A stretch of DNA of 24,000 nt from Methyloferula stellata AR4 (GTDB lineage Bacteria; Pseudomonadota; Alphaproteobacteria; Rhizobiales; Beijerinckiaceae), in the NCBI RefSeq assembly GCF_000385335.1, contig NZ_ARWA01000001.1:426081-450080 (forward strand), read 5' to 3'. Positions 23,914 to 24,000 of the stretch are shown here, one piece after another. The notes beneath the pieces are model-generated. The model saw only the letters and a list, made by a program, of their open reading frames with translations, was not told the DNA's origin and searched no databases. The translations under genes and the position numbers were made by a program. Within the stretch, counting starts at the first letter, position 1. Every line of letters begins with the position of its first letter.

Positions 23914-24000
23914 GAAGAAAAGCGACATTGACCTCTATCTGAGGGGCGACCCGGCAATCCTGACGAAGGCTGTAGAGGAAATCCTGCGGGCCGGTTATCC
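23906..24000 (+). CDS. 5' end of an unidentified gene (continues past the window end)
   Basis: GGGAGG (23894-23899) lies 6 nt before ATG 23906, and the start overlaps the HTH gene stop. It reads MSKKKSDIDLYLRGDPAILTKAVEEILRAGY..., open to the window edge. Confidence 0.4.
   Translation, partial: MSKKKSDIDLYLRGDPAILTKAVEEILRAGY

Noticed and set aside
1-24000. Searched for CRISPR arrays, rRNA genes, IS elements with terminal inverted repeats plus transposase, and integrase genes.
   Set aside because: No regularly spaced direct repeats, no rRNA-like conserved blocks, and no transposase or integrase motifs appear in any frame I read. The only RNA gene found is tRNA-Sec.

Overview
High-GC DNA (38 G/C in a sampled 60-nt core stretch, about 63%) that looks like an alphaproteobacterial, Rhizobiales-like chromosome. 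It falls into five blocks. (1) 1-5388 is a glucan-turnover locus: a divergent GH3 beta-glucosidase (partial), a BacA/Rv1819c/YddA-type fused ABC transporter, a signal-less GH144-like endo-beta-1,2-glucanase and a GH15 glucoamylase-family enzyme. (2) 5700-12135 is a complete selenocysteine toolkit: selA, a Sel1-like-repeat gene, selB, selC (tRNA-Sec, lying inside the 3' end of the selB ORF), selD and a Cys-motif permease. (3) 12143-17942 runs convergently and encodes the selenoprotein formate dehydrogenase operon fdnG (in-frame UGA plus SECIS-like hairpin), fdxH, fdnI and fdhE. A stacked-hairpin repeat is inserted between fdnG and fdxH. (4) 18154-19467 holds an AraC-type HTH remnant and a Tat-signal alpha/beta hydrolase. 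(5) 19468-24000 is a compositionally distinct, lower-GC accessory segment. It contains an orphan 176-aa protein, a 29% GC tract with tandem repeats, a two-gene module (cytoplasmic trypsin-like serine protease plus a 481-aa protein with a PD-(D/E)xK-like core), and a frameshifted AlpA/excisionase-type HTH gene. The best candidate for an undescribed system is the protease/nuclease-like pair at 20926-23370. Secondary candidates are the unusual selenium-locus architecture and the cytoplasmic beta-1,2-glucan locus. All family assignments rest on motifs I read in the translations; no database search was run.
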